A stretch of DNA of 64,000 nucleotides from Phoronis australis (taxonomy: Eukaryota; Animalia; Phoronida), in assembly GCA_002633005.1 (NCBI GenBank), contig NMRA01000190.1, positions 670,522-734,521 of the forward strand, in the 5' to 3' direction. Below are positions 51,908 through 64,000 of this stretch, one piece after another (position 1 is the stretch's first letter; each line of letters starts with the position of its first letter). Made by a program: the position numbers and the translations under genes. The notes beneath the pieces are model-generated. The model was not told where the DNA came from. It made no database searches and saw only the letters and a list, made by a program, of their open reading frames with translations.

Positions 51908-52959
51908 TTAAGAAGGTAATTAAACATAGCTTGGCAGTCATAGTGCATTAGTATAAATAGGGTGGAGCTCGATACTCAGAAGCTTAACATGTCTGAAGGC
52001 AAATTATGCGACTTTTAAAATGTTTTTAAAAAGGCTCTGTCAGGCCAAAGGCTCACCAATCCGACAGGAAGTAAAGCTATTTAGTTCGAAACTAGTCTGA
52101 AGGTCTATGAGCCCAGAAACCCGTGACTTAATGTCATCGACAGCGGTGCAGCAAGACTGTAGTAGCGGTAAAGGAAAATTTAAAAATGTAAATAAATGCA
52201 ATAGCGCAGTCTACATTGCCGAAGATTTCTTGGGTCATTTCGAGAGGCACTAAAATACAATTATTTTAATGTCGTTTTGTGAACAGTGTTTAAATCACAA
52301 TATTTGAAAGTTTTACACAAATGTTAGAGATATAAACCTTCAAAGTTGTAGAAATGTATACGTTATTTCTTGAGTCATAAAGGACCTGGACAAGCAGGAC
52401 AGTGACTTCGCCACCAATGACAGTGAAGCAAAGATGTCACTGAACCACCAAGACAAAATAACTCCAAATTTGGAAAGGTAAAAAAAATCCCGGAAGTTGC
52501 CTCTTCCGTGAGGTCGTGCATCATGAGATGAGTGAAAAAATCAGATATCCGATTTTGCTCTTTTACACGGTTTCACACCTGGTTTCAGGGCATAGTCTAT
52601 AAATCTGCGGAGCAGAAGACTGGTAGTTTTGTAATTTCATTTCGGGTGATCTGTGTTACATTCCTTCTCGGAGGTTAATTTCATTTAGTCTTAATTGCTT
52701 TATTTAATTTCAGTGACTTTTGCCAGTTGTTAAACCACTGGACTTTGATTGACTTGTCTATCATTAACATGCGGGACCACGGCGTCACAACCAGTTACAG
52801 TGCACCTAATTTCCTGCAGTACCACAAACACGATCGACAACAGAGTCTCAAGATTTCATGATGTCATTTTAATAACTAGAGGTGGGGATTTCTTCCTTGA
52901 AGCTGATGGACCTGAATTTCCTTGGCTAACAAGACGGTTAATAATGCATCGAAGCAAAC

Positions 52960-53800
52960 TAAGAATTTTTATTCGAATATTCTCCATCAATTGTCTTGAA
53001 AAATCAACATTCTTCAAATCTTCAAATGGCGTTAGACAAGACGGTATACTATTGGACAACCTTTTCAATGTGGACATGGTTGGACTTATATCACTTTTGA
53101 GTGACTCTATAATTGTCTGTGCAGTCATATCTCCTGTGTACATCAATCATCTTATGTATGCCGAAGATCTTATTCTGTTCTTACCCTCAGTTAATGGTAT
53201 TTTTGAACTTCTTGCAGTATGTGGGCATTATGGTAAACCACATGAACTTGAATATCATTATCAAGGGTGCTGTTATGTGTTATGAAAGTAGATTGTTAGG
53301 AACTGCTGCACAGCACAACTTATATTAATATGGTGATCCTTTAAAGATTGTACAAGAGATTGAATATTTGGTGATATTATAATTAGTTTCACTATGGATG
53401 GCTGTGACATCTCACGAAAACTGTGAAAAAAAGCTATATGTTCAAGCCTATTCTATAACTAAAAAATTCCATATGTGTAGTCTCCCTGTCAGAATCAGTT
53501 GCGTATCTCTTTCTGTACTCCAATACATACTGCCCACCGGTTGATGGAATTTCAATATGTTTAATATCTCATATAGTTATGTGATCAAGCGTTCCATATG
53601 TTTTTCTAAATTTCAAAGTACCACTACTGTATGTACTTTTTGATGCTCAGTGTTGTATGTAGAATCTGCGCAAACGTATTTACAGAATTTGATGTGATCT
53701 CGGAGACATTTCTACTGTCATTGCATCAATAAATCCGACCTTAAGTTTTCTTCTAAATTCCGCGTTCGCGCAGTTTGGATTAGGGTTTATATTTTCAAGT
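52960..53800 (+). pseudogene. Degenerate non-LTR retrotransposon reverse transcriptase fragment (copy A)
   Basis: SNGVRQDGIL..LFNVDM..INHLMYAEDLILFLPSVNG matches the RT motifs GVRQGG.LSP.LF and YADD, with catalytic decay and frameshifts. Confidence 0.85.
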
Positions 53801-54859
53801 ATTTTAGTATAGGTTAACTTTTGTAAAACTTACAATAAAGTTATATTTCAAGCGTTATTTTCTTACGGTCAAATTTTATGTCGTACTGTTACATGTATTC
53901 AAAGTATTTCAGCAATAACGTTTATCATATTACTTTATACCCATAAGTTTCTATCTAGAATTAACGAAGCAGTCGCAAGGGTAGATGTGACAATATAGCA
54001 TGCATAAGATTGACTTGAGGATTAGGGGGCTAGATGAAGTGACTTCCGTTGGAATGTTCAAACGTGGTTTGATTACAAAACAATAAACAGCTGAAGGATA
54101 TTCTACAGGACGACAAATAACCAACAAACGTTTGTGTACATTGATAAAAAGATTCACCAAACGGCAACGGCAACGGCAACGGCAAACTACTGGCCACTTT
54201 ATGGTACCAATAAACAACCCTAGAAGGATACCGTATGCGGTGCAATTGTGGGCGCATTTCAACACTCTGCGTTGCTCTTGTTCTGTTTTCCTTTGTTTCT
54301 CTGAAGTTCCTTGACAGATTTTTATAAAATATGGGATGTTCCTATTTTGGATGGATTGTATGTTTTTGCGCCATCTAGTAGCCATTTTTATGATACAAAT
54401 AAATAACCCTAAAAGCACACCATTTGCAATGCATTCGTGGGCGCATTTCAACGCTCCGCGTTGCTCTTGTTGAAATTGTAAACGTTAAAATCCTCGAACA
54501 TCGTGGTTTCATACCTTCTGTCCACACTCTATCTCACTTGTAGTTTTCAATTCAAATCATATGATGTTGCGAGAAGTGACAGTGTACCAAAGGTGTCGCA
54601 GTACCACTTACACGATTAACACCAGAGCCAAAAGATATGGTGACGTTCAGCTGTAAACGTCATGGATATAATTACATGTTTTACTGCATGCAATCAATGA
54701 GCCATCAAAACTTTACCAAACACTTGTTTGATTTGGAAAAGCGAAGTGAAAAATCTACTCGCCAGTCATCCAGGCTTCTGTCTTTGTTCATGTACACTGT
54801 TTCACACCTGTTTCAGCGTACCCAGTCCCTCAAAAACCTAAAATTTAGCAAAAGACAAA

Positions 54860-56100
54860 AGGCACGTCCGTCCCGGCGTCCGTCTCAGCGTCCGCCCGGC
54901 GTCCGGCATCCGCTGCTCTATCTCTAAAACGCCTTGACGAATGTTCATGAAATTTTGCACGTTCCTTCCGTAGATGGGACGGCATGAGCGAACTTTCGGA
55001 TGGATCCGACTACCGGTGTGCCCCTAGTGGCAATTTTAGTTTTTTTACGTTTACCTTTGTGTCTTGAAAAGTCCTGAACGGATTTTCATAAAATTTGATA
55101 TATAGGCACCTATTAGTGATATGACGCTATCCTCCAATTTCAGATGGATTTCACGTAGTTTGCGCCACCAAGTGGCCATTTTTACTGTTTTCGTGTCTGT
55201 TTTTTGCGTCCACCCCTCTATCAACCAACCCGCTCAAAGGATTGTGGAAATTTGCATGTATGTTCTTACTATGAAGTGGACGACTGACGACGATTTTCCG
55301 ACGAGTTTGACTACTATGGCGACTCCTGGTGGCAGTTTTTTTGCGCTCATGACTGTATCTATTAAACCGTTTGCAGGATCTTTACTTGATTTAGCAATTG
55401 TATTTATATGATGTTTACACTGGACGACGACGACTTAAGGACGGATCTGACTACTGGAGTGCCCCCTAGTGGCAATTTTAGTTTTTAAGTTTATCAGTCT
55501 GTATCTTCAAAGCTCCTCAACAGATTTTCACAAACGCTTTTGAATATATGCATCTGTTGGTGAGATGACGCTATCACCCTGTTTTTTGGATGGAATCGAG
55601 GTCTTTTGAGCCACCTGGTAGCCATTTTTGCTGTTTTTCAAACCTTGTTTTTGGCGTCCACCCCTCGCTCAACCAAAGCGTTCTAAGGATGGTTTTGAAA
55701 TTTGGCGTATATGTTCTCAGTGTGAAGAGGACTTATTATGATGGCGACTGACTACTGTGGTGCCTCCTAGTGGTAGTTTTGTTTTGCGCACCTAGCTGTA
55801 TCTCCAAAACTCACTGCAGGATCTTTATTAAATTTAGTAAGTGAATTTATATGAAGATAACAGACGACGATTTTAAGGCGGATGTGCCTACAAGTAGCGA
55901 TTCCTTTTGTTCCGTTTTCCTTTGTTTCTCTGAATTTCCTTGAGAGATTTTTATGAAAAATGGCATGTTCCCGTTTTTAGATGGATTGTACGTTTTTGCG
56001 CCATCTAGTAGCCATTTTTATGATACAAATAAATAACCCTAAAAGCACGCTATTTGCGGTGCATTCATGGGCGCATTTCAACGCTCCGCGTTGCTCTTGT
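54860..56100 (-). mobile_element. Helentron-like family 1 copy (further 5'-end fragments at 54195-54470)
   Basis: Colinear with 44500-45740; ends ..gggcgcatttcaacgctccgcgttgctcttgt. Confidence 0.75.
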
Positions 56101-58988
56101 CTGGGATATAAACCTTCAAAGTTAGAGAAATGTAGACATTAAGATCATACAGAAGCTAAACAAACAGGACCCTGACCACTCCCCCAGCAAGTTGCCTATT
56201 CCGTGAGGGCGCGGGCCATGAGGTGCTGTCTTAGCAGATACATGAAGGACGACAGGGGTGTTTAACATTCGTTATTGATGACATTTTGGTCTGGCTGACA
56301 CATGCAGCTATAGTTCTCCACTTGGGTCCAAGTCGGTGTAATAGATATTAAAGTTGGCTGCATTTTAGTTGCACTCTGGCTTCTTCTCATGTATCAATGT
56401 TTGGGTTGTGATGACGCACATTTATTCCAGTGAATTTATCTGCCCGTCTATCAAATGTATTACTATTCTCCTGGACTAGACGTTTGTTACTTTTGTTAAT
56501 TTTCTTGGTGGTTCTTTCGCATTGACGCTTACGCTATTTCTGATCCTGACTAACACTTACACTAACATACTAATATAAGCACTGACATACCACGGAAGAA
56601 AGCATGAAAAAACGAAAATGAAGTTCAAGGTCTCAAAATGCATGCTGAATGGTATTTTTTTAATTCCTCTGCAGATGCCACAACCAGATGAACTTGAGCA
56701 GTAATTCCCATGCTCGATTTCTGCCGGCACAGGGTCAAGAATTTTTCAATTAGCATCCGAGCGGCAAATTGAAAACAGGTGACTTGTCGATTATTTGAAA
56801 GTTTTATTACACAGGTTTTTGTCTATTTACACACTATAACCATACCCCAACGATATGCTGCGACCCACGGATACCAAAAACGGAAGAAGAAGGATTTAAG
56901 ACGAAAATTATGAAGGTGAACTAACGTTTCTTGCATTTCATACAGCTTTAGTATAAATAGGGTACATCTCGGCACTCTGAAGGATCTGAAGTCCTGACAC
57001 CCAAAATACATGTACGTCTATTGAAAATGTTTTTTAAAAGGCCTTATCTGGCCGAAAAGAAAGCTAGTTAGTTCAAAACTGGTTCGAACATCTATGAGAC
57101 CACAAAACCTCAACGACAGCAGAGCAGCAAAATTTTAGTTGCGGTGAACCGAAATATGAAAATCTAAATTATAGCGACAGCTCAGTGTTAATTGAAAATT
57201 TTTGTTTGGATCCTTCCCAGAGACATTGGCTCTTTGAAGAAATGGTTTCAAACAGGCACGTGCTTACAAACCCCCGAACGTTTTGCTGGAAGTCACTGTT
57301 CAGAACCTCGTGTCATAAAATTTCGAACTTTTAGCTTTCGAACTGATGGACTTCAGGTTTTGTGTGGATCTTCGGATTTATGTATTTGTGGACTTACAAA
57401 ACTTCGGAACCATGAATACCGGGAATTCATAACTTCGGCCAACTCTTTCTCACTTCTAGTTTAAAATTGAGGTCGTAAGTTTTTACCACTTGCAATGGGT
57501 TGATTTCCTTTTAATCTTATTGTAGATTTTTTATCGATTTGACCATTCGTCGAACCACTGGACTTTGACGTTGCAAACAATGACAGTGTACCAAAGTACC
57601 AATTGCATGAATGACACCAGGGCCAAAAGGTATCGTGCTGTTCAGCAATAAACATCCTAGAAGCTACAAGTTTCGACTGCATGCGAGCTCTATGAGCCAT
57701 CAAAACTTTACCGAACACTTGTTTTATTTGGAAAAGCAAAGTGAAAAATCTACTCGCCAGCCATTCAGCCATCTGTCTTTGTTCACTCTTTCACACCTGG
57801 TTTCATCACATAAAAGACAAATTCATATTGATAGTAAAACAATTGAATCAATAACAAGATCGAATTTGATTTAATGAACTTACTTTAAACACTTGATGGA
57901 ACTGTGCTCAACCGCCATCTTCAGTTGGTCTCTTACTGTCCTTAAAGGTTTCGTCCCAAAACCAAGACCATATCTAGTAGGCGGGACAACATAGTTGATC
58001 AGGCTATGTCTGAAGGTTGTTGTTATAGTTGCTGTTAGTATTTCATCCAAATCCAACAAGATGCCTCTTCAACTTCAGTGGCTACGTCGCGTAGAAGAGC
58101 CTTCTTTCTTGACACGGAGACGCCAAGAGACCTCGCCATGGTAATGACCGAAGTTATTCCATAATTGATATCAGTAACACTGTTAATATTCTAAAGTGTG
58201 ATCAATTCCTTTTCGTTTTGTGGACCGTGTTTAAATCTTAGTATTCGAACATTTTACCTAAATCTGATCATCGATTTCTGAGATATAAGCCTTCAGACTA
58301 AAAAAACCTATAAAATTTAGCAAAAAAACCCAAAACATTGATGGTAAAACAATGGTATCAATATAACATAATCGAAATATATTTGATAAAAATATTCCGG
58401 GAAGTGATCACAGAAACACTGTTGATGTGGTAAACTATGATCAATTCATTTTCGTGTTGTGATAGGTGTTGAAATCATAGTATGTGGCATTTGACCTAAA
58501 TCTGAACAGCTATTTTCAAATGGATGGATCTTTGTATGTATCAAATCCATTACTATTCGCTTGGACTAAACGTTTGTTACTTGTCTTGCTCGTACATTCG
58601 CACTGACGCTAATGCTATTTATAATAACGACTAACAATTGCACTAACGTAAAAACACAAGCCATAACATACTAAAAAAATAGCATGGCTGAATCCAAATT
58701 ACGTTCAAGGTTCAAGGTTCAATGGTGAACTCCTTTGCAGATGCCACAAGTAACTGAACAGTGGTTCCCATGATCGACTTCTGCCATGGCGCAGACAAGG
58801 ATTTCTCAATTGATATGGGAGTGGCAAATTAAAAACATTATTTGATATCTCGATTGTTTGTAAATTTTATTAATGCACGTTTTTGTTTATTTGATCGCCA
58901 TACCTACGCAACAACGATACCACGCAGCCCACGGATAACCAAAACGGAACAAGAGGATGGAAGACGGAAATTAACAACCGGAGACTAA

Positions 58989-61758
58989 AACTAGAGTGCA
59001 ATTGCATATGAGCACTTACAACTCTGCGCGGGCTGTATGCACATGCATAGTGAAGTATAGGCGCATTACATTGCATAAAAGTTGCATCCTTCGTGTGAAA
59101 GAGAGCGATGTCCCTGGTAACTATGAAAGAGCAAAGAGTGAAAATTAGAATGTCAATGGAAAATTGCACTTAATGACCCCCAGAGTTTCACCTAGTGACC
59201 CCAAAGTTTGTGACTGAACTTCCTTTATGAATGGTTATCATATGCATTATAATGGAAGATCTAGCTCAAAAATCACTTTTGTATTTAATGACCTTTGACC
59301 CTGAAACTCGGTTCCCTTGATCCGTTAGGAAATCCAAGTAAATTTTGGATGTAATTCTCTGGTGCCTACTTGTTAACAAAATTCGAACAGCCTATCTAAA
59401 AACCAGTAGAAGAAGAAGTATTTTAATTAAATTCACTCCTTCACCCGTTTTGGGTCATTGCGGTGCATTTTGGGTAAAACAATTATGATTAATAAAAACC
59501 TCTTGATCATCGTATCAAAGATTCTAAATACGATTGTCGTTAACTAATGGATGTTGGAGTAATAACAATCTGAAAAGGAAGGAAGAATGAGAAGAATAAG
59601 AATAAGAAGATAAAATACGTAGAACAGTAAAACTCTGCGCTTGCACGCGCAGAGTAATAATAAAAAGAGTGAAAAGTAAGAATATCAACGGAAAATTGCA
59701 CCAAATAACCCACAGTTGCACCAAATGACCCCAAAGTTTGTGGCTGAATTTCCTTTACGAATGAAAAGTATAAACGCGATTATTTAAGCTCTAACTCAAA
59801 AATCATTTTTGCACTTACTGACCTTTGACCCAGAAGTTCGGTTCAGTTGATCAGATTAAAATTCCAAGTAAGTTCTGTGTGCTCTTTAATGGCACTAAAC
59901 TGTTCACGAAATTTGAAGAGGCAATCTCAAAAATCGCAGGAGCAACATTTGAAAGAAATATACCGGTTGACCCTCTTGGGGTCCTAGAGTGCATTTTGGG
60001 TCACACTCCTATGATCAATAGTGTTTGATTGGCTAATGGTTGAGTCACCATGAATATGAACGCTCTCCATAATAAAACATGTAAGTACGAGCTGATTGAT
60101 TAAGTCTGAAATTTAACAAAAAACTGCAGTTAATGACTCCAAAGTTGCACCTCATGACCACAAAGTTTTTGTGTGATCCTCCTTTGTGAGTGGAAATAAT
60201 GTGCGTTATTGTGAAAGGTCTAGCTCAAAAATCAATTTTGCACTTAATGACCTTTGACCTTTGATCCGATTCAAATTCCAGGTAAATTTCGGATGCACTT
60301 TTCAAGTGCCTACTTGTTATCAAAATTTGGAAAGTGTATCTCAAAACCTGTAAAAGAAGAAGCATTTTGACGAAATGCACTCCTTGACCTCCTTTGGGTC
60401 ATTCTGGTGCATTTTGGGTCTAAACATTATATTCAATAAAAATTCCTTGATTATCGAATCAACCACAATGAATATGACTGTTCTTAATAAATCTATGTAA
60501 GAGTTATAACAATCTGAAAAGGAAGGAAGAATAAGAATAATAACAAGAATAAGAACTAGAACGCAATTGCGTATGCGCACGTACAACTCTGCGTGTGGTG
60601 TGTGTACATGCATAGTGGAGTATACGAGCATTACATTGCATGAAAGTTGCAACCATTGTGTGAAAGAGAGCGATGTCCCTGTTAACTATGAAAGAGAAAG
60701 TGTGAAAAGTAAGAATATCAACAGAAAATTGCACCAAATGACCTCACAGTTGCACCTAATGACCCCCAAAGTTTGTGACAAAATTTCCTTTACGAATGAA
60801 AAGTATATACGCGATTATGTAAGCTCTAGCTCAAAAGTCGGTTTTGCTCGGTTCCCTTTATCCGATTTAAATTCCACGCAACTTCGGATGCACTTCTCTA
60901 CTGCCTGCTTGTTATCCAAATTCGGAGAGTCTCCAGTATCTAAAAACCTGTCCAAGAAAAAGCAACTTGATGGAATGCACTCTTTGACACATTTCGGGTC
61001 AATCTGGTGCATTTTGAGTCAAATCCATGAGATCAATAGAATTTGATCGGCAATTGGATGAAGAACCATGAATTTGAACGCTCTCCCTAATGCATCATTT
61101 AAGTACAAGCTGATTGAAAAAGTCTTAAATTTAAAAGAAAACTGCACTTAATGACCCCAAAATTGCACCTAGAGAGCCCAAAGTTTGTGACTGGCCTTCC
61201 TTTATGAATGGTAATCATATGCATGATTATGAAACACCTAAAGCAAAAATAACATTTGCACTTAATGACTTTTGACCCGGAAACTCAGTTCCCTTCATCC
61301 GATTGCAATCCCAAGTAAATTTCAGATGCAGATCTCTAGTTTCTACTTGTTCCCAAAATTCGAAGAGTCTATATTAAAACCTGTAGAAGAAGCATTTTGT
61401 AAAAAAGCACTCCTTAACCCCTTTCGGGTCAATCCGGTGCATTTTGGGTCAAAACGATATCATCAATAGAAATCCCTTGATTATCATATTCACCACAGTG
61501 AGTATGATTGTTGTACATGTAAGTGAATGGATGTAAGAGTAATAAAAATCTGAAAAGAAAGGAAGAATAAGAAGAATAAGAAGAATATGAAGATAAATAC
61601 GTAGAACAGTAAAACTCTGCGCTGCACGCGCAGAGTAATAAGAATAAAACTGAAGAAAACCCAGGAACAACAGTACTCTGCGCTTTTGCACGCGAAGAGT
61701 AATAAAATGGAAGAAAAACCAAGAACAACAGTACTCTGCGCTTGCACGCACAGAGTAA
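58989..61758 (+). mobile_element. Helentron-like family 2 (copy B) with a second nested 5' end at about 60554
   Basis: Starts AACTAGAGTGCAATTGCATATGAGCACTTACAACTCTGCG; internal AACTAGAACGCAATTGCGTATGCGCACGTACAACTCTGCG at about 60554; hairpins at about 59633, 61614, 61675, 61733. Confidence 0.75.
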
Positions 61759-62819
61759 TTAAGAAGGTAATTAAACGTAGCTTGCCAGTCATACTGCATT
61801 AGTATAAATAGGGTGGAGCTCGATACTCCGAAGCTTAACATGTCTGAAGGTAAATTATGCGACTATTAAAATGTTATTAAAAAGGCCCTGTAAGGCCGAA
61901 GGCTCACCAATCCGACAGGAAGTAAAGCTATTTAGTTCGAAACTAGTCTGAAGGTCTATGAGCCGAGAAACCCGTGACTTAATGTCATCGACAGCGGTGC
62001 AGCAATACTGTAGTAGCGGTAAATCAAAATTTAAAAATGTAAATAAATGCAATAGCGCAGTATACATTGCCGAAGATTTCTTGGGTCATTTCGAGAGGCA
62101 CTACAATACAATTATTTTAATGTCGTTTTGTGAACAGTGTTTAAATCGCAATATTTGAAAGTTTTACACAAATGTTAGATATAAACCTTCAAAGTTGGAG
62201 AAATGTATACATGTATATATTTCTTTAGTCATAAATGACCTGGACAAGCAGGACAGTGACTTCGCCACCAATGGCAGTGAAGCAAAGATGTTCCTGAACC
62301 ACCAAGACAAAATAACTCCAAAGTCAGAAAGGTAGAAAATCCCGGAAGTTGCCTCTTCCGTGAGGTCGTGTATCATAAGATGAGTGAAAAATCAGATATC
62401 CGGCTTTGCTCTTGTACACGGTTTCACACCTGGTTTCAGGGCATAGTCTTTAAATCTGCGGAGCAGAAGACTGGTAGTTTTGTAATTTCATTTCGTGTGA
62501 TCTGTGTTACATTCCTTCTCAGAGGTTAATTTCATTTAGTCTTAATTGCTTTATTTAATGTCAGTGACTTTGCCAGTTGTTAAACCACTGGACTTTGATT
62601 GACTTGTCTATCATTAACTTGCGGGACCACGGTGTCACAACCAGTTACAGTGCATCAAATTTCCTGCAGTACCACAAACACGATCGAGAACAGAGTCTCA
62701 AGATTTCATGATGTCATTTTAATAACTAGAGGTGGGGATTTCTTCCTTAAAGCTGATGGACCTGAATTTCCTTGGCTAACAAGACGGTTAATAATGCATC
62801 TAAGCAAACTAAGAATTTT

Positions 62820-63610
62820 TATTCGAGTGTTCTCCATCAGCCTGTTCCACTCAACATTATTCAAAGCTTCAAATGGCGTTAGACAAGATGGTATACTATT
62901 TGGCAACCTTTTCAATGTGGACATTGTTGGACTTATATCACTTTTGAGTGACTCTACAATTGTCTGTGCAATATCATATCTCCTCTGTACATCTATCATC
63001 TTATGTATGCCAAAGATCTTATTCTGTTCTTACCCTCAGTTAATGGTATTTTTGAACTTCTTGCAGTATGTTGGCATTATGGTTAACCACATGAACTTCA
63101 ATATCATTATCAAGTGTACTGTTATGTGTTTTGAAAGTAGATTGTTGGGAACTTCTGTATTGCACAACTTATATCAATGTGGTGATCCTTAAAAGATTGT
63201 ACAAGAGAATGAATATTTGGTTATATTATAATTAGTTTCACTATGGATGGCTATGACATCTCACAAAGACGGAAAAAAGCTATATGTCCAAGCCTACTCT
63301 ATGACTAAAAAATTCCATATGTGTAGTCTCCCTGTCAAAATCAGTTCCGTATCTCTTTCTGTACTCCAACGCATACTGCCCACCGGTTGATGTGATCAAG
63401 CGTTTCATAGGTTTTTCTAAATTTGAAAGTACCAGTACTGTATGTACTTTTTGAGTCTCAGTGTTGTATGAAGACTCTGCGCAAACGTATTTACAGAATT
63501 GGATGTGATCTCGGAGACATTTCTACAGTCATTGCATGAATGAATCCGATCTTAAGTTTTCTTCTAAAATCCACATTCCTGCAGTTTGCATTAGGGTTTA
63601 TATTTTCAAA
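62820..63610 (+). pseudogene. Degenerate non-LTR RT fragment (copy B)
   Basis: SNGVRQDGILFGNLFNVDIVG..; paralog of 52960-53800 with different frameshifts. Confidence 0.85.
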
Positions 63611-64000
63611 TATTTTAGTATAGGTTAACTTTTGCAAAACTTACAATAATGTTATATTTCAAGCGTTAGTTTCTTGCGGTCAAATTTTATGTTGTACTGT
63701 TACATGTATTCAAAGTATTTCAGCAATAACGTTTGTCATATTACTTTATACACATAAGTTTCTATCTAGAATTAACGAAGCAGTCGCAAGGGTAGATGTG
63801 GCAATATAGCATGCATAAGATTGACTTGAGGTTCAGGGGTCCAGATGAAGTGACTGCCGTCGGAATGTTCAAACGTGGTTTGATCACAAAACAATAAACA
63901 GCTGAAGGATATTCCACAGGATGAAATAAATAACCAACAACACGTTTGTGTATATTATTAAAAAGATTCACCAAACGGCAACGGCAACGGCAACGGCAAC

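Larger units (their letters stand above)
57690..64000 (+). repeat. Segmental duplication, copy B, of about 45950-54186
   Basis: Colinear high similarity including the inserted fragment, the family-2 element, the RT remnant and the terminal (GGCAAC)n; copy B lacks about 47710-49790. Confidence 0.9.

Noticed and set aside
51515-51948. Overlapping repetitive ORFs (YYSARASAEF.., ITLRVQAQS..)
   Set aside because: Artefacts of the hairpin/microsatellite array being open in several frames
52749-53285. 178-aa ORF (and 197-aa paralog 62599..63192) as an active reverse transcriptase gene
   Set aside because: YADD is mutated to YAED or lost by frameshift, the N-terminal half is unrelated sequence, and downstream frames contain stops

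Overview
This is AT-rich eukaryotic (metazoan, probably marine invertebrate) genomic DNA, not prokaryotic, so most ORFs in the six-frame track are spurious. The left third holds one intact multi-exon gene on the minus strand: a class-3 aldehyde dehydrogenase (ALDH3A2/fatty aldehyde dehydrogenase-like). I reconstructed 13 coding exons between 20026 and 2333, all with GT-AG boundaries and consistent phases, giving about 502 aa with catalytic Glu/Cys and a C-terminal membrane anchor. The start exon is unresolved. Two near-identical tandem duplications joined by a single N (11745-14714, 21125-23141) look like haplotype assembly artefacts. The rest of the window is a dense transposon landscape: Harbinger-like and other MITEs, a THAP-remnant element, a long-TIR foldback element, truncated LINEs, tRNA-headed SINE-like sequences and a long palindrome. 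From about 38.6 kb to the end there is an old, diverged multi-kb repeat array. It is invaded by two families of non-autonomous Helentron-like (HINE/pearl-type) elements and contains a more recent segmental duplication. I see no convincing novel protein-coding system. The most interesting leads are the Helentron-like elements (stacked terminal hairpins, an empty site visible in paralogs, CTCF-like motif clusters), an inserted exon-like fragment, and a repeated exon-like module.
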